Positions 15,171 through 29,050 of a DNA stretch of 64,000 nucleotides are shown piece after piece (the stretch's first letter is position 1; each line of letters begins with the position of its first letter). Below the pieces are notes generated by a model. That model did not search any database and was not told the origin of the DNA. It worked only from the letters and a program-made list of their open reading frames with translations. A program made the translations under genes and the position numbers. The stretch comes from Octopus vulgaris (taxonomy: Eukaryota): positions 104,594,001-104,658,000 of the forward strand of contig OX597821.1 in the NCBI GenBank assembly GCA_951406725.2, written 5' to 3'.

Positions 15171-15175
<5 letters not shown>
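14823..15175. repeat. 353-bp whole-length palindromic (foldback) element
   Basis: AGTGGTTGTATA..TGTCAACTTAACGTGACAGTC at the left mirrors GACTGTCACGTTAAGTTGACA..TATACAACCACT at the right. Symmetry runs to the central palindrome ACATGCATGT (14995-15004). Confidence 0.9.
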
Positions 15176-15237
<62 letters not shown>

Positions 15238-16216
15238 CTATTATCATGTTCAAGACTTAATTTTCTATTAAATTTTAATAATTCGATATATGGTGTGCTA
15301 TTCTACATGTGTGTTATCATATTTTTATCAAAATAGCCCTAGCATTTTTAAAAAAAATTTGTTTGAATATATATATATATATATATATATAAGGACCTAG
15401 ATATATTTTTATGTTTTATGTGGATGTATGTATTGTAGGCATGTATATGTATTTGTATGTGTGCGCCTGTGTATATGTGTGAGTAAGCGTGTACGTTTCT
15501 CCTTATGCTCTTACGTACGCAGATGTATACGTATGCATGTATATACTTATATTTGTGTGGATGAGTATTTCCGTGCATATTGCCATATATTTGAATACGA
15601 GATCTTATACGTGTATTTGTATGCTAATATATACTTATGTATACATATATTAATGTAATTTTAATGTATGTATACATTACTTACACATATACCGTCGCCA
15701 CACTTTCTTTCGTTTTTCTTTTCTTACGCAAAGTATCCATTCCGACACTATTCCTTAATTTGATAGCGTCCATAAACAATACGTTCCGCTTCTCTATCCT
15801 CCTCACTTCCATCTTTCTTTCGCTAGCTTTTACGTTTACATACTCATGTCTGTATATGTATGCAGCTATGTGAATACATCTGTGTATTTTGATGTATATA
15901 TATATATATTATAGATGGTCTAGTATGGGTATATATAGCTGTAAAATATTTATGTAATGCAACGTGAAAATTTTAATGGAATAATTGACTTATATTTCGC
16001 ATATAATTATTTACAATGTGTAATTTGAAACTAGTCTTCGATTTAAGGCTGTCTTCGACTTTACAATAGGTTGGTTTTATATTGAATTCATTTATTTTGT
16101 TCATTGCATGCTTAAGACCGTTAATTGAAAGGACGAATGAAAAAAATCCATTTTTTAAGTTGTATATTTTAACTAGTTATGTTTATATTATTATTTCTGG
16201 TCCATGTTTAACCAAA

Positions 16217-16255
16217 CTGTCCGTCGAACGGAACGCGTGAAACTCTGAGTAAAGG
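16217..16255 (+). ncRNA. Degenerate hammerhead motif (same family as 895-1003)
   Basis: CTGT CCGTCGA ACG-GAACG-CGT GAAA CTCTGAG TA AAGG; core A6 is mutated. Confidence 0.5.
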
Positions 16256-16286
16256 TTTAGTTATATTCCTGCTGCTTCAAAATAAA

Positions 16287-16400
<114 letters not shown>

Positions 16401-16467
16401 GTGTGTTTGTGTGCATGTGTGTTTGCGTGTGTGTTTGTATGTGTGTGTGTATGTATGTATGTATAGT

Positions 16468-16582
16468 GACCTGCTCGCTTAGCCAGCGCGGTGGCGTCAT
16501 TTGAAGGCTAAAACAATGCGCAGCGCATTGGGACCAACGATGTATAGCTACATTTGATAGCCTGGTCGGCCACGGTGATCGG
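16468..16582 (+). mobile_element. 3' fragment of a fourth SINE family
   Basis: Matches 32635-32745 (CCTGCTCGCTTAGCCAGC..GGTCGG..ACGGTGAT). Confidence 0.7.
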
Positions 16583-16609
16583 GGCAATTTATATATAGAC
16601 AGATTGCCA

Positions 16610-16916
<307 letters not shown>

Positions 16917-17453
16917 AAACTTCGAGGTAGGTGTGGACCTAATATTGTCCTCACTCGTACGTTAAGTACGGCGCCAGATATATATGTAATGTAATTACTA
17001 TAAACGAAGCGATTACAGTTCTGTAATTCCAGAAACAACAAGCCTCCGTTTAGAAAGAAATCGTTATAAGAAGGGCGATCTACGATACGTTCTTTTCATC
17101 GTGAACTGAATTATTGTGTAAAACTGCAATGCAAACAATTTCAGATGACGTATTTACGATTGAATGATGTAAAAGGGAATGTGATTAGATAAAATAAAAA
17201 TAAAAAACCAAAAAGATAAACATTCTGCTTTCTAAGATTTCATTAGATTACTTGAACAAGAAAACTTGAAAATAAATTGATGGGGCTTAAAAGTAGTTAT
17301 GTGTTCTTTGTGCCTATGCGCTGACGCTTTTATGCGTCTCTGTATGTCAGTGTGTATGTCTGTGTGTGTATCCTTCGATGTGTAAAAATGTATATATCTA
17401 TATATATATTATATACACACACATATATCTATATACATATACGTATATAATAT

Positions 17454-17485
<32 letters not shown>

Positions 17486-17487
<2 letters not shown>

Positions 17488-18668
17488 TATATATAAGGGC
17501 TTAGTAAAATAAATTACTTTGCCACATACTGAACTCATTAGAAATAGCAGCTAAAGAAATTTCTTCAGCTATTTCTAATACTTAAAGAAGATCTCTCTCA
17601 GATAGTGTTTGCCTAAACCAACTCACAAAGGTATGGGGGAAAAAACATTAAAAAATCAAGTGCAAAGGTTATTTGAGAACGTACGTTTCTAGATTAGTCA
17701 ATTCGACATTTCTTTCGTCAGCTCAGAATTCCTTGAATCGGATTTGGGAACACTGAAAATTGGGAGCATACCCTTTCGGCTTCTTATCACTTCTAGAATT
17801 CTGCTCGAACTAAAAGTGCTACCAAATTCGAATATGCAAGCGAAGAATTTCTGCTCTCCCCTTTCCACCAGCGTGGGTTAAAATTGACAAACACCATGTA
17901 TTAACGGTGAAACCCGCAGCATTTAACAGAGAGAGATGAATTATCATTTCAACAATGGAGGGTAAAATTAATTAATTATTAATCAATTTCACCAAGTATT
18001 CAGTATGTAAAGGGACCATTTTAGGCGAATTCAAAATATTACATTATATATAAGGGCTTAGTAAAATAAATTACTTTGCCACATACTGAACTCATTAGAA
18101 ATAGCAGCTAAAGAAATTTCTTCAGCTATTTCTAATACTTAAAGAAGATCTCTCTCAGATAGTGTTTGCCTAAACCAACTCACAAAGGCTGGTGGAAAGG
18201 GGAGAGCAGAAATTCTTCGCTTGCATATTCGAATTTGGTAGCACTTTTAGTTCGAGCAGAATTCTAGAAGTGATAAGAAGCCGAAAGGGTATGCTCCCAA
18301 CTTTCAGTGTTCCCAAATCCGATTCAAGGAATTCTGAGCTGACGAAAGAAATGTCGAATTGACTAATCGAGAAACGTACGTTCTCAAATAACCTTTGCAC
18401 TTGATTTTTAATGTTTTTTCCCCCATACCTTTGTGAGTTGGTTTAGGCAAACACTATCTGAGAGAGATCTTCTTTAAGTATTAGAAATAGCTGAAGAAAT
18501 TTCTTTAGCTGCTATTTCTAATGAGTTCAGTATGTGGCAAAGTAATTTATTTTACTAAGCCCTTATATATAATGTAATATTTTGAATTCGCCTAAAATGG
18601 TCCCTTTACATACTGAATACTTGGTGAAATTGATTAATAATTAATTAATTTTACCCTCAATTGTTGAA
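17486..18668. mobile_element. Non-autonomous 557-bp unit element: tandem (1.26 units) plus inverted permuted copy
   Basis: 17486-17631 is repeated at 18043-18188 (period 557). 18188-18668 is the reverse complement of [17948-18042 joined to 17486-17872]. Both ends lie in (TA)n. A relative lies at 31949-32470. Confidence 0.85.
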
Positions 18669-18840
18669 TTTATATATATATATATACACACTTGCGACAG
18701 AAATTAATTAGCACTTCTCAAATTTCTACATTTTCTTACATTTTCTTAACTTATTATCAGAAACGAACTCGTTTTTAATCAAAAATTTATTAAAACATAT
18801 CCCAGAATACCACATAATTGTTATTAATCGTGAAATTTAG

Positions 18841-19849
18841 TCAATATCTTGTTGCTCCTTCTTTGGCAGCAATGGCAGCTGCTACGCGGGCCGGCATGCT
18901 GTCTATGAGTGCCTGCAGGTACTGTGCAGGGATGGCCCTCCATGCAGCAAGAATTGCCCCAAACAGCTTGTGTCGGTTCCTGTATTGCTGCACATTCAAA
19001 TCCCTACCCAATTGACTCCAAAGGTTCTCAATAGGGTTCAGGTCAGGCGACTGGCCAGGCCAGTCCATGACCGTCACCCCATGGTCCTTGAAGAAACCGG
19101 TTGTGAGCTTGGCTGTGAGGGGAGGCGCGTTGTCCTGCTGGAGCATGTACTCCTCGCCACCAAAGAAGTATCCCGCAGAGGGTAGGGCAGCATTCCGAAC
19201 TATCTCAACGTACTTTGCTGCGTTGATGTTGCCTTCGACGGCATAGAGCCGCCCAACACCACTGTAGCTGAATGCCCCCCACACCATCAGACAATCCCCA
19301 CCATGCTTCATGGTGGAAGCAATGCAGTCTTTGTTGAAGCGCTCACCCCTGCGGCGTGGCACATGGACAGACTTGTCACTGACGAGACTGAATCGCGACT
19401 CGTCAGTGAACATCACTGTCCGCCACTGCTGCACGGTCCATGTCTTGTGGGCACGGGCCCAGAGCAGCCGCCTCTTCCGGTTTGGGGCTGTAAGGAGCGG
19501 CTTACGGGCGGCCCTACATGATTTTAGACCAGCTTCCAGTAATCTGGTGTTGACGGTGGTTGTAGACAACTGCTTCCCTGTCACCTTTTGCATCTCCTCC
19601 GCCAGTTGCCGGCTCGTTGTTCAGTGACTTTCGGATCAGCATCTGGTCCTCCCGCTGGGTCGTCAGCCTCTTCCGTCCCCTACCCTTTTTGTCAGCTGCT
19701 GATCCGGTTTCCTCGTATTTCTTAAATAAGCACTGAATTGTGCGCCTGACTACACCAAGTTTTCTGGATATTGCAGTCTCCGACAGCTTCCTACGCCACG
19801 AGAGAGCCTCGTACCGTCTCTCCAAGGTCATGCGAGGTCTTGGGCCCAT
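18841..19849 (-). pseudogene. Tc1 transposase with one frameshift near 19615
   Basis: HTH region and GRGRKR linker in ORF 19514-19849. Catalytic FTDESRF, QQDNAP and SPDLNPIENLW (34 residues between D and E) in ORF 18841-19593. Confidence 0.92.
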
Positions 19850-20009
19850 CTAGGAATGAACGATAAAAACCAGTTATTTTCATTAAAACTATTCATTTGA
19901 ATAATGTTATGCTATAACAAAACTGCTATCACTTATTATTCATTAAACAAAAAAAAAAAGAAAGCAGAATTTCTCATCTTATTTGATTTATAACATAAAG
20001 TTTTGTGAA

Positions 20010-20025
20010 CCGGAAGTGACGTCAC
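20010..20025 (+). promoter_or_regulatory. ETS-CRE composite motif upstream of the Tc1 transposase
   Basis: Exact CCGGAAGTGACGTCAC (ETS CCGGAAGT overlapping CRE TGACGTCA), ~160 bp upstream of the ATG. Confidence 0.55.
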
Positions 20026-20328
20026 GAAGCAGAGTGTAGGAGAATTTGTGAGGAAAAAAATCTTGCAAATACACAAATCAATTAACCTACGAGCTGTTCA
20101 AAACGTCTTACGCGATGAGAAAACTTAGTACGGTGTGATTTCGGTCCTTGCGAGGCGCTACCTATATCTATTAAACAAAGGAAGATTTGTCTGCATCCGC
20201 ACTCCAAGTTGTCGTTGCACTGCTCTGTCAACATCATTAGGCTGTAGACTTTCAAACCGCTCTGCAAACAAAGTTACGTCATCGCTCTGCGCAACAGTGA
20301 ACTCGCAACAAAGCAATAGTTCGAGATA

Positions 20329-20347
20329 TGGCCACTAGGTGACAGCA
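20329..20347 (+). promoter_or_regulatory. CTCF-like site inside the Tc1 terminus
   Basis: TGGCCACTAGGTGACAGCA, one mismatch from the CCACTAGGTGGCAGCA form of the CTCF motif. Confidence 0.45.
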
Positions 20348-20625
20348 CATACCTTGAGTGAAGAGCAAATCAAAGGTGCTAATTAATTTCTGACGGTATA
20401 CATATATAGTGTGAGAGAGAAAGACAGGTAGATAGATAAATAGATATCCAAATTTATATATATACATGTAAACAAACATATGTATATATATATGTGTATG
20501 TGTGTATGTGTGTATGTGTGTGAGTGTGAAATATGTTTACATACGTATATATGCATATAAGTACATATAAGTATGTATATATATGTATATATATAAATAC
20601 ATGTGTACATAAACATAAATACATG

Positions 20626-20668
<43 letters not shown>

Positions 20669-21026
20669 TCATACACATATATATAAGCACGTATGTATTT
20701 ATGTGTGTATGTATGTTTGTATGCGTACATGTGTCGCCACTGGTGTATTTGTTACTCAATGGCAGGCTACGAAAAATTTTGAAGTATTCTTCTATTTGGA
20801 AATAATGAGAATTAGTTTACACATTACTATACACACATGCTTAAAGTCATATATGCAAATACGTTTCTATATTTTCTTTTCTCTTCTCACGAGACCGCTG
20901 GCCGACTAGGCCTTTTGCGTCGGCCCACGGGCACGATGAAATCGTTCTTTTCGTCTGCTGGAATATTCTCAATACGCCAGCTGAATTCAGTTCGTTTCCA
21001 GTAGAAAGACGCCTGTTATTATGTCC

Positions 21027-21098
<72 letters not shown>

Positions 21099-21106
21099 CA
21101 TTATTA

Positions 21107-21177
<71 letters not shown>

Positions 21178-21482
21178 GTTATTATTGTTTTTTTTTGTAT
21201 TTATATTCGTATTAAGTTTGTTTATTTTTTTGTATTTATATTCGTGTAACATCGTCCGTTTTTCTGTCCTTGTTTCGTATACATTCGATCCTTTTTCGAA
21301 GGAATCTAATGCTTTTAGCATAGTTTTTCCTTTGGGTTGGCCAGCTTGGAGTAATCTCAAGATTAATCAGCCGAAATTGCGAGGATGATCTGGTTATTGA
21401 TTGAAGATTAAAGGCTTCGAATGACCCGTCCGCGTTTTTTTTATCGTCTATTTGTTTGATTTGCGTTCTTGTCCCATTTTGC

Positions 21483-21513
<31 letters not shown>

Positions 21514-21533
21514 GCGGCGTGCGTACCCTTTGT

Positions 21534-21613
<80 letters not shown>

Positions 21614-22155
21614 ACACAAACATATACTTATATAGATATATGATAAAGCACACAAATAAGTGATGACTTTCTATGCATACACACACATGTCACGTTGAGT
21701 AGATTTGTCGCTCGTGCGTGCGTGTATTTATTCAGGACTAGTTTTTTGCCATGGGGTCTGTGTCTCTGTCAACTCTGTGTACAGCGCTTTTGAATGCAAA
21801 ATTCATACAAAATCCTATAGTTGTAATCGTCGTTAAACTTACGAATACACATAGACTAGGCTGCGCACTCACACATACATGCATTATATTGCTACCAGAT
21901 TCCTGTATGCATATGTGAGATACGTTATTGAAAATGTAAGAAGCCATTTTCCTTGTTAGGAAGTAATTAACGTTCAGTAATAGTTTTCTTTGATGCGAGA
22001 AATGATTGTTAAAATGTATTTGTTGTCAGGTGTGTTGCATCGTAGTGAGACATCTATCAGTAAAATATAAAGCAAATGTATGTATATATGCATGCACTGA
22101 TCTATATGTATACACGCACACACACGCACATACAAACACGCACACACACACACAT

Positions 22156-22213
<58 letters not shown>

Positions 22214-22298
22214 ATAAATATAAACACATATACGAACGTATCTATACATACACAAACACAAACACACACATACTCATACACACACGTATATATGAATT

Positions 22299-22348
<50 letters not shown>

Positions 22349-22985
22349 CATACATACATTTGATCTGTGAGTACGCAGCGACAGTTCGGTTTTTCACATT
22401 GGAAATTACCAGTGAAAATTGCGGATCTAACATCAATAGATGTTTTGAGAGCGTATTAGTTGATATATGAACGGAAGAGAAACGAATTTATATGTTATTG
22501 ATGTATGGTAAATTAATAATTATTTGATAGAGTGCGTGAAAAAAGATAAAAAGAAATGTATGGATACGAAGAAGCGACAAAAATATGGAGGATTGTCTGA
22601 AGATTATATTTGAAAAACTTTTGCATCCGGATGTTGAACAGAGAGCGAAAGTGCAATATTGAGATATATTTTGTTATATATAGTAATTAATTCTATTTTT
22701 TACTGGAAAGGGTTAAATCATATCAGGGAAGTAGTTGGAGAGTGCTATGCTCAAATACAAGCAAAGGTTCATTGTGAGGAATATATTGCATAGGACATAT
22801 TTTAAAACGAATGAAGTAGATTTGATTTTCAGGGAGAGTATAGAGAAATCTAGACTCCAGTGTTAGCAGGCAATTACATGCTATTACAAAGGCAATCACA
22901 CATGTATATATATGTACATGAAAAACATATACATATATATACATATACATATAAATATAAATACATGTATATATACGTGTATATG

Positions 22986-23021
<36 letters not shown>

Positions 23022-24654
23022 CATATATACATGTGTATATATAAATATATACAAATATATACACGTGTGTGTGTGTGTGTGTGTGTGTGTACATGTATAT
23101 CCGATTCATCATGGGTAAGTTTTGCCTATTGAAGTTTTGTGCACTGCATATTATTCAAGATGGAAGTTTTCTAGACGACACAATTCCAACAATTACGTAC
23201 TATACTTGAAATTATCTCTGAAATTCGCATAGACGTCTTTCATGTTTGCCGAATTTAGCACTATAAAGAGTTTTCTCGACATAATTTCATGAAATGCACA
23301 ACTACAATCTATCGATTAAAGTATATTTTTAAGTATTCTTATGATATTAAACCAGGTGGATGTTTTCGTCGATTTCTTGATGTCGATCTTGATCTTTGTA
23401 TTCTGTTGTTTGTATGCATACTCGAAATGCAGTTTCCGATATGATAGAATTATCATAATGTAGGTCACATAATCACTTTGTAGAATTTCAAAGTTGGCAA
23501 ATGTTTTGATACGAAAAATGTTTGAGAAAAATAAGCAGCCAGGAATTATAAAGCACACCTTTTGGAGTGATATATAACATTCAATATATAAAATGATGCA
23601 TATTCAAATAATATAATTGATTATTGCTTTTCAAAATAGAAGTATTGTGCGGTATTTAGTAATTTCTCCAGAACACCTCCAGTTCAATTATACATTAAGA
23701 TTGTAAGCAACAGGTGTAACAAATAAAATCAATGAGAAGGAAGAAAGGGAATGCCATTACCAATGCATAATAAGCGTAAATTCGTTTCTAATTCCACTAC
23801 AACTATACGACCACTATTTATAAGGCAACAATGACTTTCACAAAAGATACTTTCAACATATATTTTATTCTCGAACGGAAATTACAGACCTTATTATGGA
23901 TGACCAGCAACTGTGCATTCACCTGACACCTTTTCAATGATTCGTAGTGACTATCATCAGAATCGAGGAGAAAAGACAAAGACAGTGTAAGTTACATTTG
24001 TTCCGACTCTCGTGCTATATGCGATGCGGATGAAAGCCTAAAGCCTTTCTATATTTGCTCATTAACATCAATCAATTCCTCGTGTGTTGTATATAACATA
24101 TATCGTATCCTTTACATGTTTATACAATATATTTCAAGTTAAAATCGCGTGCCCATGCAGAAAATGTTATCATGAAGGACAAAAACTAATCTGATGCATT
24201 CTACTTTATGCTCATGGTTCTACCGAATATTACTGGAATGATTTATATGTCAGAGATATTTAGTTCTGTTATGTAGTCGATAGTGCGTGCATCTGATTCG
24301 TAATAACAGAACTACAACTGGAATACTTTCTATACTCTGGTATAGTTCCTGATTGTTATAATCTAGTATGTCTCCTTTCATCTTGTGCAAGCGTACATAT
24401 CCTGGATTTTAAGGAAGATAATGCCACATATATCTATTTTGTCAGTAATAAACTAAAGCTTGGTTATCAAACCATAAGAGTGAGCACTTTTATCGGAGTA
24501 GCAACATTAAATTAGCACCAGAAACATTTATATGTTGATTTAGTCCCATAATGTCAATTATCAACATCATCCTTAAGACTGAACACAAGTTAATCACCCT
24601 TCGTCTAAACACCAATTACACAACAAAAAATATTTCAATTATTTATTTATTTAT

Positions 24655-25480
24655 TGCCCACAGGGTGGGGTGGGGGTAAACATAGAGGTGACAAACAAGG
24701 ACAGACAAAGGGATTAAGTCGATTACATTGACACCAGTGCGTGACTGGTACTTAATTAATCGACACAGAAAGGCGAAAGGTAAACTCGACCTCGTTGGGT
24801 TTTGAACTCAAAACGTAACGGCAGATAAAATACTGCTAAGCATTTCGCCCGCCATCCTCATGATTCTGCCAGTTCACCGCCCTAAATATTTCAATTATTA
24901 CATGCATCGTTTGCTTACAATAAAATAATGTTTTACCTTATTAAAATCTCGAGCATTATAACAAATAACAATAGAGAAACAATAATAAACAACCCAATAC
25001 AATTGCAGATGTGAACATCGCATCATCACGGAGTACCTTATTGCACCAATTGATGGGGCGACGAGCTGGCCGAAACGTTAGCACGCCGGGCGAAATGCTT
25101 AGCAGCATTTCGTCTGCCACAACGTTGTGATTTCAAATTCTGCCGAGGTCGACTTTGCCTTTCATCTTTCGGGGTCGATAAATTAAGTACCAGTTATGCA
25201 CTGGGTTCAATATAATCGACTTAGTCCCTTTGTCTGTCTTGTTAGTCTCGTCTGTGTGTAGCCCCTTGTTGGCAGTAAAGAAGTAAGAAACAGCACGCTG
25301 GGCGAAAGGCTCAGCGATATTTCGTCTGTCTTTACGTTCTGAGTTCAAATTCCGCTGAGCTAGACATTGCCTTTCATCTTTTCGGGGGACGATAGCATGA
25401 ATACCAGCTGAACACAGGGGCTGTAATCGACCAGTCTCCTCTTTCAAAATTGCTGTCCTTGTGTCAAAATTTGAAACCAT
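24655..25480. mobile_element. Cluster of Meta-type SINEs: 24655-24882 (-), 25055-25285 (+), 25290-25480 (+)
   Basis: Family motif GTCGACTTTGCCTTTCATC..GGGGTCGATAAATTAAGTACCAG in both orientations. Confidence 0.85.
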
Positions 25481-25574
25481 TATTACACCAATCGATATTA
25501 CCTTTTTATAGCAACAAATGGTATAGTATTCCAAATTCCAGCCTTCGTTTTATGCGTATTAACTGATTGGCACG

Positions 25575-26043
25575 CCACGGGTTACAACAATGGGGGTCCC
25601 AATTGATCCTTTCAACAGCAGAGAATGCTCATGAAATTAAAGTGCAAGTACATGAGCATTCCAATGATACGGGCGCCGTCAACGAAGTTCTCACAGTCTT
25701 TTTCTGCGTGATGTAGAATGAGACATGGTTGGTCATTTGAATTATAATACAGTAATCCCTCGACTATCGCAGGTGTTACATTCCAAAACCTCTCGTGATA
25801 GGTGAAAATCCGCGAAATAGAAACTGTACTGTATATCGATGTAAGCTTAAATGATAAACCGCGATAGGGAAAGCGCGATTTGATGAGAAATTACCCAGCA
25901 ATTCAGTTTTGCCATCTGAGTGAACTGAAATTGTGGAGAAACCTGATATTAAACATCTTGCTTAGGGACACAACATTCTACTGGGTACCGAACTTACGAC
26001 CTCACTAACGTGAGCCGGTTACAATAACGGTTAAGCCACGCAG
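25575..26043 (-). mobile_element. V-type SINE interrupted by a Tigger-like MITE (25750-25896)
   Basis: Flanks match the reverse complement of the 1609 SINE. The insert starts TA|CAGTAATCCCTCGACTATCGC and ends with a decayed inverted copy. Confidence 0.65.
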
Positions 26044-26082
26044 CTTCTCTTTCTTTTTAGGTATATTATAGACTGTAAAAAT

Positions 26083-26310
26083 CGGCGACCTTGCAGAATC
26101 GTTAGCACGCCGGGCAAAATGCTTAGCGGTACTTCAACAGTCGCTAAGATCTGAATTATAATTCCGCTAAGGTCAACTTTGCCTTCCATCCTTTCGGTGT
26201 CGATAAATTAAGCAATTAAGCACGGGTGAAACACTTGAGTCGATGAAATCGGTTATTCCCCTCCCCAACAAAAATTTGCGGCATTGTGCCTTTAGTAGAA
26301 ACGATATTAT
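26083..26310 (+). mobile_element. Meta-type SINE
   Basis: GCAGAATCGTTAGCACGCCGGGC head and GCCTTCCATCCTTTCGGTGTCGATAAATT motif. Confidence 0.8.
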
Positions 26311-26396
26311 AGGATTAAGGCATTTTAACGTTACCAATTTAACAACGCATCAACCTCAAAGATAGATAGATACATAGATAGATAGAGAGAGAGAGA

Positions 26397-26438
<42 letters not shown>

Positions 26439-27238
26439 CTGAGTGAGAGAGAAAGAGAAAGAGAGGTTAGTTATTAGAAACATCTGGAGGATATTTTGGA
26501 TACGTTTTAGCTTTACAATTATCCCAAAATATTTCACACATAAGGATGATAGTATTTAATAATAGTTCAGCATAAATGAGGTTTACCTAGTGATAATAAT
26601 AATAAATATGTACCCAATTGTAACAAAGAGAAAATGTAACAGACTACTGAAAATCCTTGTACTATGATCCTTTTATGTTGATGCTGACGTACCTAGAACC
26701 ACCCTTATAAAAGACCTAGCGCTATTGCAAATATCACTCCAATAATAATCAGTGTAACTGAAAGCATGAGAAAATGTAGTAGATTTGTCATTTAAAAATA
26801 CCATATTCTTGCTTGAAACTTAACATTTGCCTGATATTTTGTATAATACATTTGAGCATACGATATAAATTATAGACTATGTGAATCACGTATGTATTAA
26901 TGAGTGTATAGGCACATAGATTTTATGTGTTCTGTTGTAGACACCATAGGAAAATAAGCAGTATATGCCAACTGAAGTATATTACCTAATCTTAATTTAT
27001 TGCAGAAGTAATAATTGGTCACAGATCTCATTATTTCTACGGTTTATGTACACTTTAATAAATTTAAAATTTCACTGTAAATAACTGTCAAATAAATCAT
27101 ACACATCCGCAATTGCATAAGTACTCACGTGCATTCATATATATAGATACATACAAATATACATACATATATTCATGCATGCATACGTACATAATATTTA
27201 GATACACACATACATACATACATACATACATACATACA

Positions 27239-27328
<90 letters not shown>

Positions 27329-28379
27329 TATGATATTCTACGGAATATAGATAATTGGCCCGATGTTTTTTGCGATCAAAGTAATAAAAGATGTAGAATG
27401 CTGCTCGATAAAACAATAAATCACAATTAATTATATGTTAATCATAGATTTGGCAGGCATAGGGAAAAAATATAAAGAAACATCGTTGCAGTGATTTTAG
27501 ACATAGTACTTATAGCCGAGAAAGTAACGTGCTCTCATTACTGTTGCAGCATAGCTTTACGATACGGAATTGAATTGAAAATTAAACACAAACCACATAC
27601 CACGTCGCAAGTAAAAGGATTACGTTATGTGATTATATTGCAGACGATACTTTGGCAATCTTATTAGTGAAGTAGAAAGCGAATCGATTCAATGAAATTT
27701 ATTTCAACAAGCTTTTATTATTATTTTTTTTTTTGGCGCAATCTATAAATTATGTTATCTTCACTTAACATTGTTTTTTTTTAAACGCTTAATGAAATCT
27801 ACACTTTGTTTATGAAAATTAGACTGTGACCCTTCATAAAGAGTATACTTTTGATTAAATAATTTTGCGGGATTTCTGAGTTGTCCGATATGAAAATAGA
27901 CGTCTAGATATTATATTATGTGATATTATATTAATCTTATAATCTCTAGATATTATGTGATTACAATTGTATCATAAATAGTGTTACGAAAAAAATTATG
28001 CGAGAATGTATTGTGTAAAGTATGAACGAATAATATATAGTGCGCAAACGGATAATAATTGCTAAAGGAAACTGATATTTGTTAATTAAAAATGATATAA
28101 CTCTACATTGTATTTGGTGTTGTCTCTTTCCGTCTGATTAACATATTCTCAAAAAAAAAAAAAAAAATTTAAGTCACTTCCTTCTAACACAATGCACACT
28201 AACTGATCTGAATTATTATGTTCGAGCAAAACGCCCCCCGTCCAATGGACGGTGCTGAATTGTCAATTATTTAAAACAAGTTTTCTCAAAACAGCTTGTC
28301 CGACTGTCCCATAGGTCTCCCCTTTGAGAAACACTGATTTAACCAAAATTTGAGACACCAGCAAAAGAAGAAATAAAGA

Positions 28380-28620
28380 TAGACTGTTTTCTATTCCAAA
28401 GAAAAACGATTTTATTCACACAAATATGCAACCGAAGAGTTTAAAGTACCAGTAATGATAAGGTTGTTGGCTGGGAGAACACAATCGCTTTTTGCAAGAC
28501 TTATACACGCACTGATACCGTCGGTATCTACATATCAAATTTGAGCGTAATCGGATGGAGAATACCCGAGATCCTAGAAGACACACACACACAGACAGAC
28601 AGAACGGATTTTATATAATG
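28380..28620 (+). mobile_element. Helitron/Helentron-like non-autonomous repeat end
   Basis: ACTTATACACGC..GTCGGTATCTA..CAAATTTGAGCG.AA.CGGATG..(CA)n(CAGA)n..GGATTTTATATA, with a second copy at ~47965-48208. Class assignment is inference. Confidence 0.5.
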
Positions 28621-28799
28621 TATGATGCAGTCTGTGCTGTTAAATCTGCATTCGTACAAATTATGTTGTAATATTTCTTTATTGCTTGTAACGATTACCG
28701 TCAAATCTCTAGAAGATTACAATGTGACAATGAGAAATGTTCTACGTAATCGTTCGATAAGCTACAAATAACAACCAAATATTTCTGAAGTCTTAACTT

Positions 28800-29012
28800 A
28801 CTCTTTTTTTTGTTTCAGTCATTTGACTGTAGCCATGCTGGAGCATTGCCTTTAGACGAGCAAATCGACTCCATGACTTATTCTTTCTAAGCCTAGTACT
28901 TATTCTATCGGTCTCTTTTGCTGAACCGCTAAGTTACGGGGACGTAAACACACGAGCATCTGTTGTCAAGTGATATGGGGAGACAAATACAGACACACAA
29001 ACGTATATACAA

Positions 29013-29050
<38 letters not shown>

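Larger units (their letters stand above)
18687..20400 (-). mobile_element. Tc1 DNA transposon (DD34E), near full length
   Basis: TIR core CAGAAATTAATTAGCAC at 18698-18714 and inverted at 20376-20392, TA-rich flanks, internal transposase. Confidence 0.9.

Noticed and set aside
17538-17552. TAGAAATAGCAG resembles the Cas9 sgRNA scaffold (GCTAGAAATAGCAAG)
   Set aside because: Short match only; the flanks do not continue the scaffold, and the motif belongs to an endogenous repeat also present near 32120.
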